Below are positions 26,775 through 38,606 of a stretch of DNA of 64,000 nt, in pieces (position 1 is the first letter of the stretch; each line of letters begins with the position of its first letter). The stretch covers positions 167,489 to 231,488 of the forward strand of contig NMRA01000575.1 in the NCBI GenBank assembly GCA_002633005.1. The letters are read 5' to 3'. The notes under the pieces were generated by a model. That model worked only from the letters and a program-made list of their open reading frames with translations. It had not been told where the DNA came from and did not search any database. Made by a program: the position numbers and the translations under genes. The DNA comes from Phoronis australis (taxonomy: Eukaryota > Animalia > Phoronida).

Positions 26775-28854
26775 GATTATGTTTTATGCCGGGCAGCTAA
26801 AAAATCTGGATTGCTTTTAGTGATTAATTCATTGTCGTGGAATTTTATTCAAAAACTTTATCTTTTCTTAATTTTGGTTGGTTTATCGGAAGGTGGGTGA
26901 AAGTCTTTTACAGTAACATTAAGTCCTGCGTTGTCGTAAATGGTCACCCATCTTCCTTGTTCAATATTTCTCGTGGTTGTAAACAAGGTGACCCTTTGTC
27001 TCCGTACATTTTCATATTGTGCGCGGAGATGTTGGCGTATTTAATTAATAAAAACAATGCTGGTGTAGTTGCAGGAAATAAAGAATATTTGATTTCACAA
27101 TACATGTATGCGGACGACACATCAATTACGTTGGATGGGTCGAATTTGTCATTGACTAGCATACTGAATGTACTACATTTGTTTGCTAGTGTCTCCAGTC
27201 TTCAAGTGAATGTGGATAAATCAAAAGCCATATGGTTTGGAAGTAAAACTGGTAGTGATGACGTGATTCCTACAAAAGAAGACTCTGTCTTGGACAGACT
27301 TTCTTCTCTAACTTTAGATTTTTTGGGGTTGGATTGTGACACTCAGTTGGATAGTCTGACGTATCAGAACTTCACTGCAAGAACAACTGAGATTGAGCTT
27401 TTATTAAAAAATTGAAGTAAACGAAATTTTTCGCTGTTCTGTAGAGTAACAGTAATTAAAACATTAGCTATTTCTAAACTTAATTTTTTGTTATCAAGTT
27501 TTCCAAATCCCCCAGTAAAAGTCTTGGATGTATTGAATACGACTTTTTTAGATTTGTATGGCAGGCTCGTAATGATAAAATTAAACAAACCACGTCCTGT
27601 TTAGGACTTGATCAAGGGGGACTTCATATGATTTATATAAATACATTCAGCAAAGCTTTAAACCTCGCCATGGCCTGTAGATTTCTTGAAAGCCCTGCGT
27701 CTAAAAGTAGTGAATAACTGTACGCACTCCACCCGTTCTTAAAGAATTTTACTGGGGCTAAGTTTTTGGAAGTATGACATCTTTCTGCAAGAAAATAATT
27801 GTTGCAAGTAAGAATGAATTTTTGAATCAATCTTTGTGGATTAATAGTAACTTGGCAATCGGAGGCACAAGTGTTTTTTTTTGCCTTGGTTTGTAAAATG
27901 CTTTAGATTTATTAGAGATATGTATACCTCTGATGGTGATTTCGTTAATTTGAACATATGAAAAATAAGTTCGATGCAAAAACCAACTTTGAAGAATACA
28001 ATGGTGTTGTTTCCGTTCCAAGAAGGTTTCAAAAAGAGTATTTCGAAGTAAATTTAAAAGTGGCAATTTCTACTCTCCTCGCATGCCTTTAGCAATCACT
28101 CACTTCCGGAACGATTTGAAGGGTTGTAGACATATTTGTTTTGTCTTTAATGAAATGACGTTAAGAAACCTTCTAAGTCAGAGTGTAAATGGGAAATAGA
28201 GATAGGAGATAATTTAGATTGGAAGAAAATATACGCACTGCCTTATGAAATTACAGAGGATCCAAACATAAGATGGTTCCAATTTAGAATACTACTCAGG
28301 ATTATGGCAACAAATACCTTTTTAGTCAAAATCCGTGTTCGGGATTCTAATTTATATTCCTTTTGTAATAAAGCTCCGGAGACGCTGTCACAACTTTTCT
28401 GTGAATGTCACCTTGTACAAGATTTCTGGAAGGAATTCGGAAAGCAGATGCGAAAGTGTCGCATTCAGCTTCCCAACAGTCTCTCTTACTATCGAGTTAT
28501 TATTGGACTTTACGAGACGCATGATTTTCTTTTTAACATTTTGCTTCTAATAGCCAAACAGTACATTTACAAGGAGAAATGTCACAAAAATATACCTAAT
28601 TTTCAAAGGTTTTTTATACTTATGAGTACTATAATGCTGAAACATTAATTGCATGTGAAAACTTTGTATAAGACAAGCGTCTCTGCGAAATGGGAAAATG
28701 TCATTGTTCACGTTAACTCCATGTAAAAGTTTTTACTTGATACGATATACGAGAATGGTCTCTCCCGAGGTGTGCATGCGTGAATGAATGGATGTACGTA
28801 TTTGTTTGTTTGTTTGTGTACTGTTTTATAAATGATAATAAATTCTTAAAAAAA
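26775..28854 (+). mobile_element. 5'-truncated L1/Tx1-type LINE (RT and C-terminal zinc finger), decayed
   Basis: SRGCKQGDPLSPYIFILCAE, YADD, SFC..APETLSQLFCEC; (GTTT)n, AATAAA at 28837 and a short A tail. Confidence 0.88.
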
Positions 28855-29414
28855 GAAAGTCCAAAGGGGAGACAACGGTCGAAATAATATTGATCGGCCC
28901 AAACAAACCCAAGAAAACGATACTCAGAATGGTGTATGGGAACAAGACGGAAGGCTTCCTGCATGTCAGTTTTAGCGATGAGAGAATTGTGGCCGGTGCG
29001 GGTACCAGAAACATGGCGTTTTCAATGGTTTGATAGTGAACCTGGGAAGAAGGAGGAAGGAAAATGTGAATTAACGGAATAGGAATCCCGCTATGAGAAT
29101 GAAAGGTTATGGATAAGGCGAAATTTACCTAGCCCTAGAGGGGAAGTGATAAAATTGTCGAATGGACGGCACTGTTGGGGTCCGGAGTAGCGACCACAGG
29201 CAAGCTCGTGCTGCATTTTGTGTTCTGTCACAGTACAGTTGAGGACCGCTGAAGTGTGGTTATGAGGAGTAGGGGAGGAAAACATAGAGGGAACACCGAT
29301 GCAAAAAAGGTAAATGAAACCGTGAGTGATGCGAACGGTCAGGGTGGATGGGTAAGCAATGAGATATTGTTCAAGTTTGTTTATTTTTAGGGGCGTTGGA
29401 AGGTCAGGTGGCGG
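28855..29414 (-). pseudogene. Reverse transcriptase N-terminal part (DIRS/Ngaro)
   Basis: PTPLKINKLEQYL..YP, GRYSGP, SPLG..KFRLIHNLS, AFRLVPIHHSEYRFLGFVW..YYFDRCLPFGLS. Confidence 0.85.
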
Positions 29415-29422
29415 TGGAGGTG

Positions 29423-30468
29423 TTTTTTTTTTTTTTTTTTTTTTTATTNNNNNNNNNNNNNNNNNNNNNNNNNNNNNNNNNNNNNNNNNNNNNNNNNNNN
29501 NNNNNNNNNNNNNNNNNNNNNNNNNNNNNNNNNNNNNNNNNNNNNNNNNNNNNNNNNNNNNNNNNNNNNNNNNNNNNNNNNNNNNNNNNNNNNNNNNNNN
29601 NNNNNNNNNNNNNNNNNNNNNNNNNNNNNNNNNNNNNNNNNNNNNNNNNNNNNNNNNNNNNNNNNNNNNNNNNNNNNNNNNNNNNNNNNNNNNNNNNNNN
29701 NNNNNNNNNNNNNNNNNNNNNNNNNNNNNNNNNNNNNNNNNNNNNNNNNNNNNNNNNNNNNNNNNNNNNNNNNNNNNNNNNNNNNNNNNNNNNNNNNNNN
29801 NNNNNNNNNNNNNTTTAAAATTCATTCTCCATTCTTGTGACCAATAGCTTAGTTTATTTAAGTCGTGTTGAAGCTGCAAAGAACATTCAGGGCTGCTCCC
29901 TGCGAAGGGGTAAAAAAGCGCCGTGTCATCTGCATAAAGGTATGTGCTACATGACAGGTTATCAGGAAGGTCATTAATATAAACCAAGAAGAGAAGAGGG
30001 CCCAATACGCTACCCTGCGGTACACCTGCGTTTACAAATCCAGGATGGGATAAAATTGAAAGTACGCCATCGACACGAACACTGTATGTTCTTTCGGAGA
30101 GATATGAGGTGATCATGTTTAAAAGATTACCAGTAATGCCATAGGATCGAAGTTTGTGAAGTAGAAGGTCGTGAGGGACACAGTCGAAAGCAGAAGCTAT
30201 ATCTAGAAAAATGGACCTGACACTCTCTCCCTTCTCAAAATGTAAATGAATCTCATGTACTATTTCAACAAGTTGTGCCACGGTGCTGTTCCCACGCAAA
30301 AAACCAAATTGACGATGATAGATCAAGTTGTTTTGTTTGAGAAATGTAAGAATACTTTGAGCAATGATCTTCTCAAAGATTTTGGACAGGGTGTTAAGTA
30401 ATGTTATTGGGCGATAATTTGAAATTTCAGTTTTGGAGCCTTTTTTGTGTATGGGGACCATAATTCCA
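29423..30468 (-). mobile_element. 5'-truncated CR1/L2-type LINE inserted in the Ngaro element
   Basis: Open RT frame (PIHKKG..NYRPITLL, GVPQGSVLGP, YADD); poly(A) tail at 29423-29445; 8-bp TSD tggaggtg at 29415-29422 and 30469-30476; near-identical to 40724-41330. Confidence 0.9.
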
Positions 30469-30476
30469 TGGAGGTG

Positions 30477-31218
30477 GTTCGTGTTGTGGATTGAGGATGG
30501 GAGGGGATAGGGCACGCAGAGGCGGGGTGGAAGCCGTTGCAATTGGTACAGCGGTGGAGATAGCGACAGTGCTGTTGAGGGTAAAATGTGGATTTGAACC
30601 GCCGACAGCAACCGACGGGTTGGGAAGCGGATGAACGTGGGTGGAGAAATAGAGAATGAAAGGACTGAGTGCGTGGGAAGTTAGTGCGGCAGGAATTCGG
30701 GTAATTTGAGGGAGATGAAATTTTGTGAGATTGGAGGATAACCTGATTCCAGAGTTCCATATTGGTGGTTTCCTAAGGAGAGAAATTGACGACACTGTTG
30801 ATCATAGAACATGGCGGGGGCTAAACCAAAATGATGATTGATAGAGAGTCTGGTGTAACAAAACGAGATGACGGGTGGTGTAGATGACTGAATAAATGAG
30901 GAAGGCTTGGTTCCTCTGGAACATGTTGTTGATGGAGCTAGATTTGAGGGTTGGCGAAAAAACTGGTTGATGGTTAACATTAGAGAGCTGAAGCTGTGGA
31001 GATGAAACCGGGATAAAAAGGTGACTAAAGTCGACATGTTGGACTGTCCATATGTGATTTTTGGTTTTGGTGTCATAGTTGAAGGCCAGAGTCAGAAAGT
31101 ATGTACATGTAGGCCTCCGAAGGCGTCAAGGTTACCTGCGATGGGTGGCATACATGTATGTTGTTCCAGTGATGGGGGTTTGTCCTTAGCCGATGAAGAT
31201 GTAGTCGGTGAGGTAGAG
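30477..31218 (-). pseudogene. Gag-like ORF of the Ngaro element
   Basis: C-terminal CRYLHRCTNCNGFHPASACP knuckle; YDQQCRQ motif; C-rich sense strand. Confidence 0.7.
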
Positions 31219-31246
31219 NCCCCAAGTCCGCCTATGTCTAGTAAAC

Positions 31247-34119
31247 CATAGACTATAGTTCATGGACTGCCAACTCCGTATACTTTCGATGGACGAAATC
31301 TGTGACCTTACGTACAAGCCCTTACGTCATTATTCACTGGCGACGCCTGGCTAAATTATCTGGTGCTATTTCCGGCAAGTACGTCGACTGCTAATCATGG
31401 TCGGCTACTGTGTGGCCGGTTGTTCGGTCACACACGCGAAATGCAAAGGAATTAGTTTCCATACCATCTGCCGACCCCATAATCGGCTGTGGGAAGAAAA
31501 CCTTAATTCTTATGTCAAGATGAATGGCAGTTGTTTCAGCAATAAGACTTTACACATTTGTTCGAGGCACTTCGAAGATGAATGTTTTTAAGAGACTCTA
31601 CTATTTAATCCTGTCTTCATAAATCCATTTTTGTTTTCTCCGTTTTGATGAAAACTATCTGGTAAACTTTTTGACGAAAATTATCCGCTAATTTCTTCCA
31701 AAGGTAGTGACTCGTAAACTCCTGTCCTTACGAGGAAGTTCAACCATAGCCTAGTGTGGGAATTAACCAAATTACTTTTCGCTGGCCCTGATCAGACGAT
31801 TGGTCTCAGCAGGATTTGGATCAGCGATTTCAACACATTAGCATTAGTGTACAAATAAATAGAACGCTGGTAAAACCTTTAACATAAATAAAGATTACAT
31901 TAATACTTCATAAATAGCCACCCGGACCAGTCAAAATCTATCTCGCAATTCAACAGCAGGTTACACACTCATTTCATGTCGAATATATGCCGCACAAAAT
32001 CTCTCGACTGCCGTCTATGAAAATGCAACCAACTTCTTTTAAAACAAGGAACAGGAACACCAGCGGGGTGTAAAGGTTGTTTGTATTCTTCAATGTTAAT
32101 TTTTTTTGTAAGCGGGCATATGTTTTTTTAAATTTCCGCCTTAGTCCTAAAAATTCTAAACTTAAGCCTTTCAAACGAACGTTTATGACGAAAACTAAAT
32201 TATTCAAACAGTTTTGTAAAGTCCTATGCCACCTGTAGGGTACATAATGAGCCAATCCCACTCCTAATGTAACAAAAGGGTCCCGTGGATAAAGGATACT
32301 AAGTATTGCCCTTCTGAAATATTACCGTATGCGCCCTAATAAGCGGCCAGGGTGCTTAGAAAAATCCGCTTCATGAAGGGGGCGCTTATCATAGCCCAAA
32401 AGTGGTTGAAACCCGGTCTCCGAAACAGGTGAAATCGTAAGGTAGAATTCATCAAAGTTACGCTCTGTGACGCATCTGTAACCTACATGTATGAACAGAG
32501 TTTCTACAAAACTGCAGTGCATTGCTATCAAACTTTGTTGTCAACTTACGAGCATTTTTCAGAAAATACCACTCCCAAAAATTGCCGTGAATCAGGTTTC
32601 AAGCTCTTCAGCTTGGTTTAACTATATATTAATAAACCATAAAAGTGGTTCCAAGTGAGCAGTGGAATGCCTGCGCACGTCTAATAAATGTATCATGGAG
32701 CTCCTGATTTAAACAAAGGTCTGTTTTTTTAATTTTGGTCCGGTATAAATAACGCCACAGACCTTGAAATCCAGCGAAACACTTCTACCTTACAAATCTG
32801 ACAATCCCTAATCTCAGAAAATTTGAGCACCCGGCAAAAGATTCTAATGATGAAATTCTGGTGATGATAATCACCCACTTTGTTTATTTACTTCACCTCA
32901 ATTTGAGGTACGTGGTAAAATGAAGCCCATTCGAGTAAGCTTCAAGTGGGTCCCAATGCCAACCCAATATATGATAGAACCCAACAAGCTCAAGTTGCAG
33001 TCAAATCAGGAGGGGCGTAAATAAGGAAATTCACTGTATCAAAAGATTGGCCAAATAATAATAAGATACAGAGTGTTGTTACAGTGCACACGTGCACGAT
33101 ACTTGGTCTATTATTTTCCCGCCGTAAATGCATGAACCAATCAGATCACCAATGGCGCAAAGTTTTCGAAAACAGCTCGATTTTTAGGGAGTCCTGTTTT
33201 ACTGTTCTATTTATTTTCAAAATTTAATTATGTTACATTTAGTTTATTTTCTGTTCAACTCAATGAAGCCACCTAATATGAATGCATTCAACACAATTAA
33301 TGCATTGTAAAAACCAAAAGTTATGCTCTATCAACGTTAGACAAAATCAGTACACCCCTTTCTTAAATATGGGTTAAAAGTTAGAAACAAAGGACTCCAT
33401 GTGCATCACTTGTAACGTCGATTTTCGACATTGATGTTGGGGAGGAACATCAGTCTTGCGACAGCAAAACGTAATCACACGAAGGCGATGATTTTCAAAA
33501 TTTGATTCGTTTTCGCAGTATGTCTTTTTCCCTAAGGTTCTGGGCATCTCCTCTGTTTTCATCCAACCTTCCCAGATGAAAACTTGAATGAAGAGGACCT
33601 TCAGTACTTGAGTGAGCATGGTATACAGTGTTATTTATGTTGAATTATTCAACGGCTATTTTAAGAACCATTTCACCCTATAGCTACAACCAACGGCCCT
33701 TTTAAGGGCCAATCAACACTTCCCAGAAGAACTGCTCACTTGAGAATGTTGATTTATAAACATCCTTTCGTAGTTTTCTCAGTAGGCCTATGTGAACTAT
33801 GAATCAAAAACTGTCCGATAACTATGCTGCTATTGGGCAAGCAGACGACATAATCAGTGGGCACCACAGTTTGAATTTTGTAATTAATTACCAGTAGCAT
33901 TGCCAAAAGTACTCACAATACCAACACTTCTACTATTGAAAGTCTTTGAAAAACGTTTCAATGCCGAAATTAATATTTTTTTCGTTGTTTTGGACAGTAA
34001 AGTAGATGCAAGTATTTCTCGTCAAAATACACTGACCGGAAACTGCAGCAGATAGGTCAGGAGAGTTCAACTCAGCACGTAAGGATATGCCGGAGTTCAG
34101 TGCGAATATGTTGTCTATG
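31247..34119 (+). mobile_element. P-element-like non-autonomous transposon
   Basis: CATAGAC...GTCTATG ends, 7-bp TSD AGTAAAC (31240-31246 and 34120-34126), THAP ORF near the left end. Confidence 0.75.
31397..31591 (+). pseudogene. THAP zinc-finger domain (P-like transposase N-terminus)
   Basis: MVGYCVAGC...ISFH...W...ICSRHFEDECF*, with a complete C2CH signature. Confidence 0.8.
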
Positions 34120-35314
34120 AGTAAACTTAGGGAAAGAGTACGTTAACTTGAAAGCACACAGTTTCACAGTTTTATTATTTGTTTTCTGCTGTATACTCGT
34201 TTACATTATACTACATGGAATATTGAGATACTTTTTAATAAATAATATAACGGTTTAATTGTATTTCAAACTGTATTTACTGAAATTACGTGTTCGTGGG
34301 TTCCTCACACTCTCCCAAAAAACTTGAATCTCCTATACACTGAAGACTAGATTATATAATTACACTCTGCGGGGAATAACATTTGTAATGTCTTTTGTTT
34401 GATTTGGTTGCGTATTTTTTCTGCTTTTGGCTTTCAAACTTGCCAAATCGACTTTTTATTGCAAAAAAACAGAGAAAAGCCAGCCGAGCTCACGGCCAGA
34501 CTCGATGGTCCTGTTAGTTAGCGCTGGTTATATGTTCAGATCGAATCGAGCTTGTCTAAACTGGGTCGAGGGTGTTGTGTGGCGTGGGTCGAGGAGGTAG
34601 TTGGTCGAAGAGGTCGTCCGTGGGGTGCGGGTCTAGGGGTTTTTAGAACAATCCGATTTAGCATGGAGCGTGAATCTGGCACAGCTCTCAGCTTGATACT
34701 GGGCAACAAAATGATGTAACTCACACGCTTGCGGATAAATAAAAGGAAAATTAAAAAGTCTCTTAATACATTAGTTCATATTAGCTCCGCTGTTTTTACC
34801 TTTTCTTGTGAAGATGGCTGCCATCCTCGGTTTCAGGTTTGCTGCAGAAAATGCACTCAGAAGGGAAGATGACCACGATGGTGCATGATGTTGATAGTTT
34901 ACAGTGTATGCAGCGAATGGTGCAATTGGGAGCTTGGTGCCTCTGGGTCTTCATTGTCCCCCAAGCGGTGAAGTTTGGCAGTAAAATGTTAATAGATTTT
35001 TCTCTGACAGCAACTCATTTTCTTCCAATTCAATTGGAAGAACAGAAGGAATCTGATCACACACGAGCTGAGTATAGTGTGAATAATCATATGTCTGTTG
35101 GAGACGTTTGTCCCAAATTTCATGAAGCTGCTGCAGTTTTACGCTTGCTGTTCCTATGACATTACTTAAGATTGTAAAATGAACATGTTCATTTATAGAG
35201 TCTAAATGGAGAATGGATATGGGTAGATAGTGTTCTTTGATGTAAGTAGATAAGCTTAGACCTCATTCTTTCTTATAGGGATGATTTTTATATTTGCGTT
35301 GATAGCTGCCTTAA

Positions 35315-36807
35315 AGAGAATGCCACCCAAAAAACAACCTATTCTGTCTCAATTTAGATCCAGTAGTTCTATTCCATAACGACACGTTCGGTTGCGTTAC
35401 CTGACACCTGACGGCAGACGGTGGTGTTGAAATTATCCAATGACGTAATTGGTTTCACACGCAGTTCACAACACGAATTACTGGTGTCAGCTTATCGCTT
35501 GAATTCATCATTTAACACCAATAAATCGTCAAACTTCGATGTAAAACCTTTAAAAATACACCGAGCTCTTATAAAAACGTGTTGTTTTATTTCGCTGTTA
35601 CGGATTTACTGCTATTTGGATACACCGTAACCCACGAAGTTCGGCAGGCCAATTTAGCAAGGTCCGTAGCACTGAGGAGTTTAGGGTCTGTTCGGAGATA
35701 AAACACAAAACGCTTGTTATCCCGGCCACTGGTTCGGAACCCGATCAGGTCCGTCGCAGCTTCCGTGACTGGCACGAACATTAACCAGCTTGAATTGGAA
35801 ACTAAGCCTCCAATCACGAAAAGTCTATAACAGTGAGCCCGCAATTAATTATGTGAATTAGCCACGAAACTGAAAATCTACTTACTTGTCGGGGGCCGCG
35901 ATGTCGGGTTCCCCTTCCACAGACTGTCAGGACAAAGGTTGTAAAGTAACAATGATTTGAATAATGTATTTGTATTTCTATGATTCCCATAACATATGAC
36001 CATACCATATAAAATCGAGTAATTGTTTCATAACAGCTTTCTGTCAGTATACACTGAATTAGCATGCGCTCACACGGCTTCTGTGTCAGGTCAGTTGCCT
36101 TTGTTGCCGGCATCAAAAGCCGGTAATGCAGTGGTTTATTCATTGCTGGCTTCTCAAAACATTTGAACTCACAAGCACTCCAAGGCATTACAAATTGTAT
36201 CTAATGAGACTGACTTTGTTTCAGTTTCATATACGCATTGGTTAGGATGAGAATAATTCATTTTGAAACAGAACGCAGAATAACAAACGTCTACTGAATA
36301 AACGGCAACTCGCCAAGCGCCAATCCCGACTTAGTCAAGAGCTCAGGCGACGAAGACTTCACGTGTCGGATCGTTAGGTTTCACAGGCTATCGGTTCGAA
36401 CCGGAATACACACGCCTTGAGCATGAACAGACAACGGAACGTATGGATAGTTCTTTGGTAAGCCAGAATTCTTCAGAGAAATCACTGTTGACGAAATGCC
36501 AGCGACAGACACGAAGATGTTTCGTGGCCTCATACTTGCTATTAACAGCGTACCTTTCATTCTTCAGTGCCGTAAGCCATTTTCTAAGCCTTTTGGGCTC
36601 ACGAGGAAGTCGTAAAAACGATATACTGGCTTTCTTAGTAGCTTCATAGTTCGGAAAAGCGGGAACGATGCACCGCAATATAGCGGCACTCACTCTACAG
36701 ACGAACCACTGACGTCGCTGCCTCGTTTCTCACCGTATAAGATGCGATGTGGATATAGACCGATTAAGACGGTAAAAAAGACTAATTAAATCGAGTGGCA
36801 TTCTCCT
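35315..36807 (-). mobile_element. Kolobok-like family E, copy 2, with THAP remnant
   Basis: TTAA|AGAGAATGCCAC...GTGGCATTCTCCT|TTAA; minus ORF 36388-36693 RCIVPAF...FLRLPREPKRLRKW...RVCRWHF. Confidence 0.8.
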
Positions 36808-37194
36808 TTAATTTCAAATGTAGTCTGATTTTGCCTGTCCCCAGCCTTGAATTCGCACTGATTGACATACATGTCAAAAGCTCATTTGTATATTTTGATA
36901 TTAGTTTTTATTCAAAGTTTTTTTTTTTGTTTTCTTTTAATTCTAAAGGTTTGGACTGCAATATCACAGTTTGTTTCATGGACGGGTCAACATCAAAGTC
37001 CTGAATATGGATAAAATAGAATATTGTCATGCCACACGCAGTACTTCTGCTCCATTTGTTGAGTGTTTTTTACCTGTACCATGTTCATGATAGCTTGTAT
37101 TTCTTTCTTGTTTTAACGTAGAAAATGTATCTGAAACTAAATAAGGCGATCCAGATCCTCCCAAGGATGCTATTGTTTCATGAAATGAAGAATA

Positions 37195-37348
37195 TAAATC
37201 GGTAAATAAAACAACAAGAATGGATCAACTGAAATTTGAAATTTTCGGATGTAATAACTTCCTTTGTTTTTGTTGACAAATGAAGTTATTACATCCGAAA
37301 ATTTCAAATTTCAGTTGATCCATTCTTGTTGTTTTATTTACCGATTTA
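37195..37348. repeat. Perfect 67-bp inverted repeat with a 20-nt spacer
   Basis: 37195-37261 is the exact reverse complement of 37282-37348. Confidence 0.92.
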
Positions 37349-37613
37349 CATGTTTTTCTAATGTAATGTTTGACCCACAAAACATAACTCCAAACACCGA
37401 GTTCATTCAATTATGTGAAATAGTTGGCGACATATCGCGAAATAACGCAAAATCGGTAATGGCGGCACTGATTTGCAAAAAAAAACATACGAGGGACATT
37501 TTTCAGCTTGTTAACATCATTTTTCTGTTTTCACACATATTTTCCTTCATAAAAATTCAACTTAGAAGCTGAAGTCCGGGGGGAGCACGGAGGGCCATTT
37601 CTAGACTAGACTA

Positions 37614-37866
37614 TAAACACCCAAGGTGTTACCCGATAGATTAGTCTAAGTGAAGACCACTGATGAAGTGTAAACTGAAGTAAACACCCAAGGTGTAACC
37701 AGATTGACAGGTCCGAAAGACCGGACCGAGCCGTATGAAGTGTGAACTGAAGTAGGCACCCAAGGTGCTACCAGATCGAGTAGTAAGTGTACAGGGACCA
37801 CTGCATGGACGTAGTTAACTTAAGTAAACAACCATTGTGTAACCAGACAAAGTCGTAACTGAAAGT
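37614..37866. repeat. About 70-bp period array: conserved hairpin block plus variable spacer (4 units)
   Basis: Units start at 37614, 37681, 37753 and 37825; conserved aactgaagtaaacacccaaggtgtaaccagat. Confidence 0.75.
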
Positions 37867-37999
37867 AGTAACGTATAATATGAATAATGAAAGACGGGGA
37901 AGTGAATGCATCCATGGAGGCCGAGGAACGGGGCACTAAGATAATTACAGGTATACTGAAATTACACAAAGAATTAAATGGGTGAATGTGGAAAGGGGC

Positions 38000-38606
38000 A
38001 ATTACGAGAAGAGACCCAGGCTGCGGAAGTGATGGCCGAAAGCGAAGTGGACGCTGAGGGCTTGCTGGGTTTCAGCCTGAAGAGTTAAATTGGATGAAAT
38101 CAGGGCGGTAAAGGTGTAAAGGGTCTTTCCAGAACGCGCCCCTATGGATCCAAAAAAGGCTGTGGGGTGGTCGGTGAGGAGGCATTTAAGATGCAAGTTA
38201 AGGGATTGGCATCTAGCATTAAATGTGCCGTCATCGTGGAAACGGAGGAATATCACTTTAATGATGACCGACTGAACAGAAGGGTGAGACTGGAGGATAG
38301 ACTCGGAAAACAAAATGAGGTCGTGGGCCAGGGGCAAAGGGTTAAATTGGGGATTATATAGATCGTTTCCGGCGATCTGTAGGAACACTAAATCGGCCGA
38401 GAATTCGGCATCGGCAGGGGTTAAATGGCGAACAGAACGAGGGCCAGGAGCTAGTGTGGCCCGGACAACCCTAAGAAGTTGACGGATAAAGAGGACTCGT
38501 GGAAGCCCATATTGGTCAGGCCCTGGTCGGTCGCCGCAAGCGAATTATGATAGGCGTCCAGCCAACGCACGTAAGAACTGCCCAAAATCAAACAACTAGG
38601 TGGCAT
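38000..38606 (-). pseudogene. SGNH/GDSL hydrolase-like ORF (Ngaro accessory)
   Basis: MPPSCLILGSSYVRWL (block I), GLSGAT (II), LQIAGNDL (III), WIHRG...DFIQFN (V, decayed); frameshifted. Confidence 0.75.

Noticed and set aside
29091-30611. 506-aa ORF as a single RT gene
   Set aside because: It is a chimera of Ngaro sequence, an inserted LINE RT, an N-gap and a poly(A) tail.
37660-37705. Hammerhead ribozyme (CTGATGA, stem, GAAG)
   Set aside because: It has GAAG rather than GAAA, there is no pairing for stem I, and the core occurs in only one unit.
37614-37866. CRISPR array
   Set aside because: Eukaryotic context, no cas genes, degenerate repeats and mutually similar spacers; kept only as a repeat-spacer-like array.
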